A DNA stretch of 64,000 nt from Bacteroidales bacterium (GCA_031275285.1 JAISOY010000211.1:17318-81317); one strand, 5' to 3'; shown: positions 8,682-19,388, numbered from the stretch's first letter. A program made the numbers and translations. Notes: generated by a model from the sequence alone, not told the origin.

Positions 8682-9422
8682 CTACAGATTTTCATAAAAG
8701 TCGACTTTTCCGGTATGCATATCGTATACGCCCCCGATGATTTTGATTTCCCCTTTTTCTTCCATTTCTTTCAGTATTGGGCTTTGTTTCCGTATTTCCT
8801 TCACCATTAGTTCAACATTGGTATGACAAACTGCTTCGACAAATTCCGGGTTGGATGATTTCGCTTCTCCTTGAAAAGACGATCTGGACTGCTCAACAGC
8901 CGGTTTTATCTTATCAAGCAGTGTGGTGATATTTCCAAGTTCCACATCGTCAATTGCCGATTTGATGGCGCCGCAGTACTCATGTCCCAGTACGAGTACC
9001 AGCTTGGATCCGGACACTTTACAGGCAAACTCCATACTGCCCAGAATATCAGGGTTCACTATGTTTCCTGCAACGCGTGCCACAAATATATCTCCTATTC
9101 CGCGATGAAACACATCTTCTACCGGGACGCGTGAATCCAGGCATGAAAGAATGACAGCTTTCGGATATTGCCCTAATGAAGCATCCCTTACCCGCTCGGT
9201 GGTATTCCGTACGATCAGATTATTTTGGGTGAAGTCATCATTTCCCCTTTTCAGGATTTCAATTACCTGATCGGGCGTTAGCTTAGCCTGTTGATCTGCT
9301 GTGAGAATTGTATTGTCAAGGATTTCTTCCTTATCAATTTCAACCACTTTTGTATTTGATCCGTTACAGGATAATAAAGCCGATACGGCAATGAATACAA
9401 TCAATAAATTTTTCATGATCAT
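8682..9422 (-). CDS. Beta-class carbonic anhydrase with a lipoprotein-type signal peptide
   Basis: Zinc ligand motifs CLDSRV and HEYCGAIK. N-terminus MIMKNLLIVFIAVSALLSCNGS has a hydrophobic core followed by Cys. Confidence 0.88.
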   Translation of the reverse strand: MIMKNLLIVFIAVSALLSCNGSNTKVVEIDKEEILDNTILTADQQAKLTPDQVIEILKRGNDDFTQNNLIVRNTTERVRDASLGQYPKAVILSCLDSRVPVEDVFHRGIGDIFVARVAGNIVNPDILGSMEFACKVSGSKLVLVLGHEYCGAIKSAIDDVELGNITTLLDKIKPAVEQSRSSFQGEAKSSNPEFVEAVCHTNVELMVKEIRKQSPILKEMEEKGEIKIIGGVYDMHTGKVDFYENL

Positions 9423-9775
9423 TTTATTAAGTTTCTATGTTAAGATTTTTTGTAATCTATGCTACATCAAAAAGAGTGCCGAAGAAATGTGTTGTGGTTG
9501 ATAATCAATAAAATTTAGGCATGCTCGAGAGATGAATTCGTGATATATCTGTACCATTGTGAACGAAAACCATATTCGTTCTATCTATTGTAAATTACGT
9601 ATTTTCAGATATGGAAATAAAATTAAAAAGATGATGTCTGATTATTTTCCGGAGGACCGAATATTTGATTTTAGACTCAGTGAGACACAAATTACTTGCG
9701 CATAGTGGCCTTTTTACTTATAATACCACTTTATACCTCCTTGACTACCCAGCTTGAAGGACAAAAATTAAGTTT

Positions 9776-10210
9776 TTATTGCATATTGACTATCCCTGAT
9801 CCATCGACTAACCAATTATTGTCTTTTTTTATAACCTTAACGGCCAGTTTAAATTGTTCCTGACCCTTCCCCTTTAAAAAAACATAATTATCCTTGTCGT
9901 TAATATAATCTAACTCATATCCTTCATCTGGGCGGTCTTGTCCGTTAATTACGGGATCGAAACCAAGTCCCAGTTCGGAATCCATTTCCCACCCTTTATC
10001 AATTACTCTTTTATACGCAGTTTTAAAAGATTCTGTGACCAAATTGGACGATTTGAACCATGCTTCAAGATCTTCAGGCGATGAAGCGTCTATTTTTATA
10101 TAGTTGTTTACAAATGTCAATGCACTGGTGACACGGGCATCATCTTTTTTATTAGATTGGCTACACGAGATAAGTAATAAAAACGCTAGAGGTATTATTT
10201 GTTTCATCAT
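9776..10210 (-). CDS. Hypothetical lipoprotein
   Basis: 144 aa with lipobox-like N-terminus (LAFLLLISCSQS). No catalytic motif recognised. Confidence 0.6.
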   Translation of the reverse strand: MMKQIIPLAFLLLISCSQSNKKDDARVTSALTFVNNYIKIDASSPEDLEAWFKSSNLVTESFKTAYKRVIDKGWEMDSELGLGFDPVINGQDRPDEGYELDYINDKDNYVFLKGKGQEQFKLAVKVIKKDNNWLVDGSGIVNMQ

Positions 10211-10415
10211 ATTTCACACAGTTTTTATTTGCAATATTAATAACTAAAAGTCTTTAACAAATGTAATGATTTATTTTACAATATATGCTTTTTATATATA
10301 CCTACACTCCTTTTAAATACTGTGAAGTTGGTATTCAGATACCTCCAAAATGTGCGTTAGGACATCGGATCAGGTTGGTTTGTTGGGTGAAATAGTATTG
10401 ACTTTAAGCTTTATA

Positions 10416-10457
10416 GAAATAAACCCTAAAAGTTGTACAACTTTTAGGGTTTATTTC
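10416..10457. terminator. Perfect 42-bp palindrome, likely a bidirectional terminator downstream of pgi
   Basis: GAAATAAACCCTAAAAGTTGTACAACTTTTAGGGTTTATTTC equals its own reverse complement. It lies 21 nt beyond the pgi stop, between two minus-strand genes. Confidence 0.55.
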
Positions 10458-10478
10458 AAAATTTTAATATCCGACGAT

Positions 10479-11810
10479 TTATAGTCTGGCCTTTACCTTT
10501 TTACTTTCTTCTTCATAACCGGGTTTATCGAGTAATGCAAACATGTTCTTTTTGTATGCTTCCACACCAGGTTGGTCGAATGGATTGACACCAAGCAGGT
10601 AACCGCTGATACCACATGCAATTTCAAAGAAATAGAAAAGTTTCCCTAAGTTGTATTCATTGATGGCCGGTATTTCTATACGGATATTGGGAACACCTCC
10701 GTCAACATGTGCCAGCATGGTTCCCAATTCAGCCATTTTATTCACTTCATCGATCCGTTTGCCGGAAAGGAAATTAAGGGTGTCAAGGTTTGCCGGATCA
10801 TTGGGGATGCGTAATTTATGGGCTGTGCGTTCAACAGAAATGACCGTTTCAAAGAGGATGCGCAATCCTTCCTGGATGTACTGACCCATTGAATGGAGGT
10901 CAGCTGTCAGGGTGACTCCTGCAGGGAAGATGCCTTTAAGTTCCTTGCCCTCGCTTTCCCCGTATAGTTGTTTCCACCATTCGGTAACATAGAGTAACTT
11001 AGGATGGTATCCCGCCAGTATCTCAACGGTCTTTCCGGTTTTGTAAAGTTCGTTGCGGGTAGCCGCATAAATAGCCGCTATATTTTCTTCAAAAGGAACT
11101 TCCGGGCCTGTCGCTTTCTGCATATCCACGGCTCCCTGCACCAGTTCCCTGATATTGAATCCTGCGATGGCAATAGGCAGTAATCCGACAGGGGTAAGCA
11201 CCGAATAACGGCCACCCACATCATCAGGAATCACAAAAGTACGGTAACCTTCCTGTACAGCCAGTGTCCGCAGAGCGCCACGTTTCTCGTCAGTGATGGC
11301 AACAATATAATCCTTGGCCTTTTCCTTACCGATTTTACTTTCCAGATGGTCTTTCAGTATGCGGAAAGCAACGGCAGGTTCAGTGGTGGTACCTGATTTT
11401 GAAATAACAACAATACCATATTTCTTGTTTTCCAACAAATCCAGCAATTCATATAAATAGTCCTCACTGATGTTTTGTCCGGCAAAAACAACTTTCGGGC
11501 TTTCATTTTCTTTCATTTGCCAGAAATTATCGGACAAAGCTTCCAATGTTGCTTTAGCTCCGAGATAAGATCCACCGATGCCTATCACCACTACTATTTC
11601 GGCATTTTTCTTGTAAAAAGAGGCTACATCTTCAATGGCGGCAAAGTCTTTATCTTTGATGGAGGAAGGGAGGTCTACCCATCCAAGGAAATCGCTTCCC
11701 TTGCCGGTTTTTTCATACAGGGCTTTTACATATCCCAATGCCTGATCCTTATTGGCATATATTTTTTCTTTTGATACGAAATCAGTGACTTTTTCGATAT
11801 TCAGCTTCAT
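10479..11810 (-). CDS. pgi: Glucose-6-phosphate isomerase
   Basis: 443 aa with typical short-form PGI motifs: [41 protein letters not shown]. Confidence 0.95.
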   Translation of the reverse strand: MKLNIEKVTDFVSKEKIYANKDQALGYVKALYEKTGKGSDFLGWVDLPSSIKDKDFAAIEDVASFYKKNAEIVVVIGIGGSYLGAKATLEALSDNFWQMKENESPKVVFAGQNISEDYLYELLDLLENKKYGIVVISKSGTTTEPAVAFRILKDHLESKIGKEKAKDYIVAITDEKRGALRTLAVQEGYRTFVIPDDVGGRYSVLTPVGLLPIAIAGFNIRELVQGAVDMQKATGPEVPFEENIAAIYAATRNELYKTGKTVEILAGYHPKLLYVTEWWKQLYGESEGKELKGIFPAGVTLTADLHSMGQYIQEGLRILFETVISVERTAHKLRIPNDPANLDTLNFLSGKRIDEVNKMAELGTMLAHVDGGVPNIRIEIPAINEYNLGKLFYFFEIACGISGYLLGVNPFDQPGVEAYKKNMFALLDKPGYEEESKKVKARL

Positions 11811-11946
11811 ACTAATGATTATTAAATGGTCTTTATTTTCAGATAAGCACTCAGTGCTATTTATTATTTTCTTGAGCTAGATTGATCAAATTGGTTACGT
11901 TCATTTAAATATGTCATTAATTGACATTACTTAATAAAATATTTTG

Positions 11947-12936
11947 TCAATCAATGAATACTTCCAGTATTTCCGTTGGTTCCGATGGAATCAAACGGAT
12001 GTTTTTGAGCACAGCAGGTAATAATATGGTTTCACCTTTGCGGATATCCGTTATTTTACCCGGTCCGTATTCTATGGAACAGCTTCCGGATGTGCAGATA
12101 TAGATAACAAACGAATCGATAGCCTGATAATCCTTTTCCATGGATTGACTGATACTGATTATGTTCGTGGTAAAATAGGGACATTTCACCAATTCGGCAG
12201 TTCCCTGTTCTTTTTTCCGGTATTGGGTCTTATAATGATCATGGTAAGAATAGTCGATCGCATCAACTGCCAGTTCGGTATGCAATTCACGTGATTTTCC
12301 GTCCGAGTCTATCCTGTCCCAGTCATAAATTCGATAGGTAACATCGGATGTCTGCTGGATCTCGGCGACCAGGATATCCTTGCAGATGGCATGTATCCTG
12401 CCTGCAGGAATGAAGAAGACATCACCTTTGGATACTTTTTCCACATTCATGATGTCTTTTAATTTTTTTTCGTCCAGCGCTCTGAGATAGGTAGTTTTGT
12501 CCATTTTCTGATTGAAGCCGACAATCAGGTTACTGTCCTTATCGGCTTCCATCACATACCACATTTCGGTTTTCCCGTACGAATTATGCCGTTCAGCAGC
12601 TAACTGGTCATCCGGATGTACCTGTATCGAAAGATCATCCTGTGCATCAATGAATTTGATCAGTACAGGGAATTCGATGCCGAATTTATCATAAATGGTA
12701 TCTCCTACCAGGTCGCCCATATAAATTTCAATCAATTCCTGGAGATTATTATTTTTAAGGAATCCGTTTTCAACCACCGAGATGTCACCTGATACACCGG
12801 ATAATTCCCAGCTTTCCCCACAATGATCCGTCTTTGTCTTTTTCCCTAAAACAGTATGTAAGCGATCGCCTCCCCAAATACGTTCTTTTAATATGGGCGT
12901 AAATTTTAAAGGATATAAAGATTGTTCTGTAGACAT
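11947..12936 (-). CDS. manA: Type I phosphomannose isomerase (mannose-6-phosphate isomerase)
   Basis: LYPLKFTPILKERIWGG, SIQVHPDD and the cupin core FFIPAGRIHA. The ORF opens at 12975, but the Met at 12936 (MSTEQSLYPLKF) matches the usual N-terminus. Confidence 0.85.
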   Translation of the reverse strand: MSTEQSLYPLKFTPILKERIWGGDRLHTVLGKKTKTDHCGESWELSGVSGDISVVENGFLKNNNLQELIEIYMGDLVGDTIYDKFGIEFPVLIKFIDAQDDLSIQVHPDDQLAAERHNSYGKTEMWYVMEADKDSNLIVGFNQKMDKTTYLRALDEKKLKDIMNVEKVSKGDVFFIPAGRIHAICKDILVAEIQQTSDVTYRIYDWDRIDSDGKSRELHTELAVDAIDYSYHDHYKTQYRKKEQGTAELVKCPYFTTNIISISQSMEKDYQAIDSFVIYICTSGSCSIEYGPGKITDIRKGETILLPAVLKNIRLIPSEPTEILEVFID

Positions 12937-13087
12937 GATGTTGAGATCCGGATTATTTGTAATAAAACCTTTCAAGAATGTGGATGTAAAATTAATGAAA
13001 CTATCATTTTTTACAAAAATATTCAGGAAACAAAATCAATGATGTTCTGCATTTTCAAGGTTTTCAAAACTTTGGTACAGTGGGCTC

Positions 13088-13576
13088 TTATTTTCTCAGA
13101 TATACTTCGAATGAATAGGCATAAGGATGTTTTTCGTCTGTTTCGTGACGTTCGGATGATTGTAACTGCCAGATATCCGGATCTATATCAGGGAAATATA
13201 CATCCGCCTCGAACCGGTGATGTATGCGTGTTATATATAACTTCTGTACATAGGGCATCATTTGCCGGTATATTTGCATCCCACCGGTGATGAAGCATTC
13301 TTCGCTATCATCGCATTGTTCCAGTGCATCCTCTATAGAAGATACCACAATACTGCCCGGTGCTTCGGAGAAAGATTTGCTGATGATAATATTTTTTCTT
13401 CCGGGCAAAGGCTTTACCGGTAAAGATTCATAAGTATTCCGTCCCATGATTACCGGATGCCCGAGCGTAGTGCGTTTAAAATATTTCAGGTCATTAGGGA
13501 GATGGGTGAGTAACTGGTTATTGTATCCGATGGCATTATTTTCATCGATAGCGACAATGGCAGAGATCATATTCAA
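13088..13576 (-). CDS. folA: Dihydrofolate reductase
   Basis: 162 aa: ISAIVAIDENNAIGYNNQL, LKYFKRTTLGHPVIMGRNTYESL, ITGGMQIY. Confidence 0.93.
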   Translation of the reverse strand: MNMISAIVAIDENNAIGYNNQLLTHLPNDLKYFKRTTLGHPVIMGRNTYESLPVKPLPGRKNIIISKSFSEAPGSIVVSSIEDALEQCDDSEECFITGGMQIYRQMMPYVQKLYITRIHHRFEADVYFPDIDPDIWQLQSSERHETDEKHPYAYSFEVYLRK

Positions 13577-13584
13577 TGATAGAT

Positions 13585-14772
13585 TTAGTATTTTACTTCT
13601 TTTCCTTTACAAAAAGTTTTGGCAAGCCGGTATTCATTGTCTAACAGGTTAATGTCCGCATCTTTTCCTGTTTTCAGGGAACCTTTTCTCTGGTCGATCC
13701 CCATCATTTTGGCGGGATTTGTTGACGCCATTTTTACAGCATCTTCCAAAGGGATACCAGCCAGGGTGATCAGGTTCCGGAACATGGCATCAAGCGGAGT
13801 GACAGATCCAGCCAGGGATGTACGTTGCTCATTCAATGCAATTCCGTTTTCGACAATGAAAGTGTGTCCATATACATGGTAAACACCTCCGTCTTTGCAT
13901 CCCGACGCGCCATTGGCATCGGAACATATCAATAGTTTATCCGCTCCTTTACAGCGATAAGCGATTTGGATCAGCGGAACCGGTACATGATAGCCGTCAG
14001 CAATAATTTCAGCATAAAGCGTGTCCAGCGTAAGCGCGGCTTCTGTCATTCCGCAAATCCTGAATGGCCCTTCCTTATGTACCTGCGACATGGCATTGTA
14101 CAGATGGGTAACACTATTCATGCCAAGAGCAGCTGCTTCCAGCATCAGGTCATAGTCGGCATCGCTATGTCCTCCGGATACGACTATTCCCATCCCGGTA
14201 AGTTCTGATATGCGTTGCAGGTGGTGTTCTAATTCGGGAGAGAGCGTAATGCGTTTTATGATATCCTTATAAGTGTTGATGACAGGCAGGTATTTTTCAT
14301 CAAAAGGAATAAAATATTTCTCAGACTGGCTTCCTTTATACTTAATGTTCAGGAAAGGGCCTTCAAGATGTGCTCCCAGAATATTCCCTTCCGGATTTTT
14401 ATGCATGTATTCCCTGATGATCTCAAATCCTTTGATGATCTTATTGAAATCGTCGGTAGCCAATGTCGCGTACATTCCGGTGACCCCATGTCTCAGGTGG
14501 AAATTAGCCAGTGTTTCTATCGATCCGACTGTACCGTCATTAGCATCTGCACCATTACCTCCGTGGCAATGGGTGTCGATAAATCCGGGAATGGCTGTCA
14601 GCCCGCTACCGTCAATCTTATTTCGTATGTCATGTGCTTCCGGATTGTCACTGATCCCGGTGATGACACCATCTTCAAAAATGATCGATCCGTTGTTGAT
14701 GGTCCGGTCTTCGGTAACGATGCGGATATGGTTGATGCTGGTTTTTGTCATATCGGGTGTTCTTATCCGCAA
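13585..14772 (-). CDS. nagA: N-acetylglucosamine-6-phosphate deacetylase
   Basis: 395 aa amidohydrolase: GFIDTHCHGGNGAD, GAHLEGPF, HLYNAMS. An alternative Met lies at 14751. Confidence 0.9.
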   Translation of the reverse strand: MRIRTPDMTKTSINHIRIVTEDRTINNGSIIFEDGVITGISDNPEAHDIRNKIDGSGLTAIPGFIDTHCHGGNGADANDGTVGSIETLANFHLRHGVTGMYATLATDDFNKIIKGFEIIREYMHKNPEGNILGAHLEGPFLNIKYKGSQSEKYFIPFDEKYLPVINTYKDIIKRITLSPELEHHLQRISELTGMGIVVSGGHSDADYDLMLEAAALGMNSVTHLYNAMSQVHKEGPFRICGMTEAALTLDTLYAEIIADGYHVPVPLIQIAYRCKGADKLLICSDANGASGCKDGGVYHVYGHTFIVENGIALNEQRTSLAGSVTPLDAMFRNLITLAGIPLEDAVKMASTNPAKMMGIDQRKGSLKTGKDADINLLDNEYRLAKTFCKGKEVKY

Positions 14773-14880
14773 AGGTAAGAAATAAACACCGGATCACACG
14801 GATGTCTGAATGTAGAATAACAAAAGACACACTACATACTGTTGGTGAGCATGTAGTGTGTCTGTTTGGGATCATGTTGA

Positions 14881-16746
14881 TCAATCGTTGTCCAATGATT
14901 TTACCGTTTCCGCAATTCTTACAAATTCACGGCGGTATCCTTTAGGATCCTTTCCCAATCCGGATTCGGCCAGGGTGATCACTTTTTCATAGCTTCCATC
15001 GCCTTTGAAATCAGATTTGCGTAACAGTTGCCCGAACATAGCCACGGCTGCAGCAAACCGGAAATCATCCGAGACATTATTTTTTCCATTGTCAATCACC
15101 GCTACTTCCATTTTATGGCTTTTCCCTTCATCAGGACGTTTATAACGTAATTTTACGGTGAGCAGGTCCGATGATTGGCTTTTGATTTTCGTATTTTTCG
15201 TGTTTGACTGGTACTTCAAGTCATCCACACTGCCTGGTCCTTGTACTCCGACCGGAACCACTTCATAAAAAGCAATGATACTGTGTCCGGCACCAATTTC
15301 TCCGGCATCTTTGGTGTCATCGTTGAAATCTTCCTTGTTCAGCAAGCGGCTTTCATATCCGATCAGACGATAGGATTGTACCTTTCCCGGATTGAACTCG
15401 ATCTGTAATTTTACGTCTTTGGCAACAGTATGCATGGTGGAACCGAATTCCTGTACCAGCACCCTGTTGGCTTCCTGGAGATTATCTATGTAAGCATGGT
15501 TGCCATTTCCTTTTTCAGCAAGGGTCTGCATTTTGCTGTCTTTATAATTACCCATTCCGTAACCCAGTACTGTCAGGAAGATACCGCTCTTCCGTTCTTC
15601 CTCGATCAAGTTTTCCAGATCTTTGTTGCTGGATACTCCGACATTGAAATCTCCGTCTGTGCAAAGAATGATACGATTATTGCCGTCTTTAACCAGATTT
15701 TTTTTAGCAATCTTGTAAGCCAGTTGTATCCCGGCTCCTCCGGCCGTTGACCCCCCGGCAGTAAGTCCGTCCAGGGCATCACGGATCTTCTGCTTGTCGG
15801 AACCTGGTGTCGAAGGCAGCACTTCTCCTGCAGCGCCGGCATACACTACGATAGCAACTCGGTCTTTTTCACGCAGATTGTTGACCAGTAATTTTAATGA
15901 TGATTTTACCAGATCGAGACGTGTCGGACCAAACATGGAGCCGGATACATCGATCAAAAAAACAAAGTTGCTGGCAGGAAGATGCTCGCTTTCAATTTCT
16001 TTAGCCTTGATTCCGATACGGACGAGACGATGGGAAGTGTTCCAGGGACATTCCCCGATCTCTGTAGTGATGTGTACCGGATCTTTGCCATTGGGTTTTG
16101 TATCGTTGTAGCTGAAATAGTTCACCAGTTCTTCAGTGCGGATGGCGTCTTTCGGAGGCATTTGCCCCTGATTGACAAAACGGCGCATATTGCTGTATGA
16201 TGCAGCATCCACATCAATGGAGAAAGTAGATAGCGGATCATCCAGTGCATTTTTAAACCTGTTTTCCCCGAATGAAGCATACTCTTCAGTCTGCATGGGG
16301 ATGCTACGTTGCATTACCGCACCTATTACAGATGCTTTTCTTTGTGTGCCGAATGCTACTATTGTTACTTCATCAAGCTGTGCTTCTGCTTCTTTCATAT
16401 GGACATCATGCGTGCTTTTTATGACTATGACTTCTTGTGTCTGATATCCGACAAAAGAAAATACCAGTATATCTCCCTTTTTTGCCTGGATACTGTACAA
16501 TCCGTTGATGTCGCTCACAGTACCAGTCCGGGTGCTTTTTACGATGATACTTGCCCCCGGTAATACGCCGCTTTTATCCGTAACCCGACCTGTGACTGTC
16601 ATTGTCTGGGCACTTAGATGAAATCCGAATAATAATATTATCCATAAAAAGGCCCACTTTGTTTTTGCATTCATTGTTTTCATAGCTCTGAATTTTAAAT
16701 TCGACATTATTTTTCTATATAGATGCAATGTTATGTCGTATTCCAT
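14881..16746 (-). CDS. Secreted YfbK-like von Willebrand factor type A domain protein with an N-terminal CarboxypepD_reg-like domain
   Basis: Signal-like segment (KWAFLWIILLFGFHLSAQ). Carboxypeptidase-regulatory-like beta-sandwich (VTGRVTD...ASIIVKSTRTGTVSDINGLYSI). VWA MIDAS motif DVSGSM. The true start is probably an internal Met at 16683 or 16674. Confidence 0.8.
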   Translation of the reverse strand: MEYDITLHLYRKIMSNLKFRAMKTMNAKTKWAFLWIILLFGFHLSAQTMTVTGRVTDKSGVLPGASIIVKSTRTGTVSDINGLYSIQAKKGDILVFSFVGYQTQEVIVIKSTHDVHMKEAEAQLDEVTIVAFGTQRKASVIGAVMQRSIPMQTEEYASFGENRFKNALDDPLSTFSIDVDAASYSNMRRFVNQGQMPPKDAIRTEELVNYFSYNDTKPNGKDPVHITTEIGECPWNTSHRLVRIGIKAKEIESEHLPASNFVFLIDVSGSMFGPTRLDLVKSSLKLLVNNLREKDRVAIVVYAGAAGEVLPSTPGSDKQKIRDALDGLTAGGSTAGGAGIQLAYKIAKKNLVKDGNNRIILCTDGDFNVGVSSNKDLENLIEEERKSGIFLTVLGYGMGNYKDSKMQTLAEKGNGNHAYIDNLQEANRVLVQEFGSTMHTVAKDVKLQIEFNPGKVQSYRLIGYESRLLNKEDFNDDTKDAGEIGAGHSIIAFYEVVPVGVQGPGSVDDLKYQSNTKNTKIKSQSSDLLTVKLRYKRPDEGKSHKMEVAVIDNGKNNVSDDFRFAAAVAMFGQLLRKSDFKGDGSYEKVITLAESGLGKDPKGYRREFVRIAETVKSLDND

Positions 16747-17217
16747 AAATCCGGAGAAATTTTTATATATTTTTAAGTAAGTTGTTGTTGATTAGTTGGT
16801 TGTGTGTTGATTTTAGATATAAGTGTTGAGTAAATTCATATTTTGGATTATAAATTTAGAATTATTTTCACGTAACCTCGTTTTTGGAGGAAGAGTAATA
16901 TCTATATGTATTAAATGAAAAATAGAGAAATAAACCGGTAATTTTGAGATAGTTTCTTAGTTCTTTTGATTTACTCTTTATTTCATTCGAAAGAGCCTTC
17001 TGGCGGCAATTACCGCTTATTTTACAATTTGAAAGAAATTCTATTGTATTTATTTGAAGTTACTTTCAATACGTTATTCAAAATTGTAAATTAATTTTAA
17101 ATTATAACTAAAATTGATTTTTTAACTTTATTTTATCTAAAATATTGTGATTTTGAAAAAATGTTATCTTTATTTGCATTGTTGTTTTGATAATGTAGTA
17201 AAAATAAGAAAACGGTT

Positions 17218-18048
17218 ATGAAATTCACAAAAATGCAAGGTTCAGGTAATGATTATATATATGTGGATTGTTCGCGGGAACAGATCAGCCGACCCGAGGA
17301 ATTTGCCGTTCGCTACAGTGACAGGCATAAAGGAATAGGTTCTGACGGTCTGGTGCTGATTATGCCATCCGAGATTTGTGATTTTCGTATGCGCATGTTT
17401 AATTCCGACGGTTCGGAGGCTCAGATGTGCGGTAATGCTTCACGGTGTGTCGGAAAGTATGTTTACGAACATGGTATGACCGGAAAAACACATCTGACAC
17501 TGGAAACCTTATCAGGGATAAAACAACTCTGGCTTTTTCCTGAAAACGGGGAAATAACAAAGGTTTGCGTAGATATGGGGGAACCTGTCCTGAGATCAAC
17601 AGGAATACCGGTGGCATTACCGGAAGAACAAATAATCGCGACTCCGGTCTATTTTCCTTCGGGGTCACACCTGATCACTTGTGTTTCTATGGGAAATCCT
17701 CATACAGTGATCTTTGAAAACAATATCGATTATTTTCCATTGAGGAGGATAGGTTCTGAAATCGAGTGTTATCCTATTTTCCCTGAACGCACCAATGTCG
17801 AATTTGTGAAGTGTATCTCATCTACACACCTGAAAATGCGGGTCTGGGAACGTGGAGCCGGCGAAACCCAGGCATGTGGGACAGGTGCCTGTGCTGCACT
17901 TGTTGCCGCAGTACTTAATGGGAAAGCAGAACGAAAAGCGACGATCAGTTTATTAGGTGGAGACCTTGAGATAGAATGGCGTGAAAGCGATAACCATGTA
18001 TATATGACCGGTGATGCCATTACTGTGTTTCATGGGGAAATAGAATAG
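17218..18048 (+). CDS. dapF: Diaminopimelate epimerase
   Basis: 276 aa: [41 protein letters not shown] (both catalytic Cys contexts). Confidence 0.95.
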   Translation: MKFTKMQGSGNDYIYVDCSREQISRPEEFAVRYSDRHKGIGSDGLVLIMPSEICDFRMRMFNSDGSEAQMCGNASRCVGKYVYEHGMTGKTHLTLETLSGIKQLWLFPENGEITKVCVDMGEPVLRSTGIPVALPEEQIIATPVYFPSGSHLITCVSMGNPHTVIFENNIDYFPLRRIGSEIECYPIFPERTNVEFVKCISSTHLKMRVWERGAGETQACGTGACAALVAAVLNGKAERKATISLLGGDLEIEWRESDNHVYMTGDAITVFHGEIE

Positions 18049-18134
18049 TTAGAACGTTGGAAAGTCAAAAAGTTCATAAAGTTAGAAAGTCAGAATGTTG
18101 GAAAGTCAAAAAGTTCATAAAGTCAAAAGTTAGC
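18049..18134 (+). repeat. Array of ~10 degenerate 8-9 nt units ending in (A)AAGT (locus 1)
   Basis: Units read TAGAACGT TGGAAAGT CAAAAAGT TCATAAAGT TAGAAAGT CAGAATGT TGGAAAGT CAAAAAGT TCATAAAGT CAAAAGT. It contains a 27-nt internal direct repeat (18056-18082 and 18096-18122). It fills the whole dapF-dapL spacer. Confidence 0.85.
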
Positions 18135-19388
18135 ATGGCCTTAATCAACGAAAATTACCTGAAGTTAGCCGGCAATTATCTATTTGCAGAGATTGCCAAA
18201 AGAGTGAATGTCTACCAAAAATCACATCCCGAAAACAAGCTGGTTTTTCTTGGTATCGGTGATGTTACGCGACCGCTGGCTCCGGCAGTTATTGAAGCCA
18301 TGCAGAAAGCAACTCTTGAAATGGCCGATGCTGCAACTATGCATGGGTATGCTCCGTATGAGGGTTATTCATTCCTGATCGATGCCATTATAAAAAACGA
18401 TTTTGAAGCCCGTGGGGTAAGTATTGATCCGGATGAAATCTTCATTAGTGATGGCGCTAAAAGTGATACGGGAAACATCGGGGATATATTGAGCACCGAT
18501 AATATGGTGGCTGTGACCGACCCGGTATACCCGGTATATGTAGATACCAATGTGATGGCCGGGAGAGCCGGTGAATGGGAGGATGCTATGTGGAATGGTA
18601 TTGAATATCTGCCATGTACGGCGGCGAACAAATTTGTCCCTGAATTTCCGCAAAGGCGTGTGGACGTAGTATATCTGTGTTATCCCAATAATCCTACCGG
18701 AACCACACTAACCAAAAGTGAACTGAAAAAATGGGTCGATTATGCCGTTCAAAATGATGTGTTGCTACTGTTCGATGCAGCTTATGAAGCGTTCATCACT
18801 GAAAAAGATGTTCCACACAGCATCTATGAAATTGAAGGAGCCAAAAAAGTAGCTATAGAATTCCGTAGTTTCTCAAAAACAGCTGGTTTTACCGGACTCC
18901 GGTGTGGATACACGGTGGTGCCGAAAGAGTTAAAAGGATATTCCGATACAGGAAAAACTTTTTCTTTGAATGAATTATGGCGCCGTCGCCAATCGACGAA
19001 ATTCAACGGTACGGCTTATATTGTACAACGTGCGGCAGAAGCGGTTTATTCACCCGAGGGTAAACTACAGGTACGTGAGACCATCGATTACTATATGGAG
19101 AATGCAAAAATTATCCGGACAGGATTGGAGCAATGCGGAATGAAAGTATATGGCGGTATAAATGCCCCTTATATCTGGTTGCAGGTACCTGACGGAAAGT
19201 CATCGTGGGATTATTTTGATTTTCTGTTGCAAAAGCTGGAAATTGTATGTACTCCGGGTTCAGGTTTCGGGAAAAGCGGGGAAGGCTATGTAAGGCTCAC
19301 TGCATTTGGAAAGCGGGAAGATACTGTTGAAGCAATAAATAGAATGAAAGGAAAGGTTCATAAAGTTAGAATGTCAGAAAGTTCATAA
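18135..19388 (+). CDS. dapL: LL-diaminopimelate aminotransferase
   Basis: The start MALINENYLKLAGNYLFAEI is typical of DapL, and a PLP Lys context is present (FRSFSKTAGFTGLRCGY). The ORF-track start at 18057 reads through the upstream repeat array and was rejected. The last ~12 codons and the stop lie inside repeat locus 2. Confidence 0.9.
   Translation: MALINENYLKLAGNYLFAEIAKRVNVYQKSHPENKLVFLGIGDVTRPLAPAVIEAMQKATLEMADAATMHGYAPYEGYSFLIDAIIKNDFEARGVSIDPDEIFISDGAKSDTGNIGDILSTDNMVAVTDPVYPVYVDTNVMAGRAGEWEDAMWNGIEYLPCTAANKFVPEFPQRRVDVVYLCYPNNPTGTTLTKSELKKWVDYAVQNDVLLLFDAAYEAFITEKDVPHSIYEIEGAKKVAIEFRSFSKTAGFTGLRCGYTVVPKELKGYSDTGKTFSLNELWRRRQSTKFNGTAYIVQRAAEAVYSPEGKLQVRETIDYYMENAKIIRTGLEQCGMKVYGGINAPYIWLQVPDGKSSWDYFDFLLQKLEIVCTPGSGFGKSGEGYVRLTAFGKREDTVEAINRMKGKVHKVRMSESS

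Noticed and set aside
14273-14785. 170-aa and 136-aa plus-strand ORFs opposite nagA
   Set aside because: They are shadow ORFs antisense to nagA and have no motifs.
16747-17217. Lysine riboswitch (L-box) in the 470-nt AT-rich region upstream of dapF
   Set aside because: I could not find the conserved L-box cores (AGAGGxGC ... GGAGAG-type helices). The region is simply AT-rich divergent-promoter DNA. An Rfam scan would settle it.
18057-18134. N-terminal extension of dapL (MESQKVHKVRKSECWKVKKFIKSKVS)
   Set aside because: This stretch is encoded entirely by the tandem AAGT-unit array. The canonical DapL N-terminus (MALINENYLKL) begins at the ATG at 18135.
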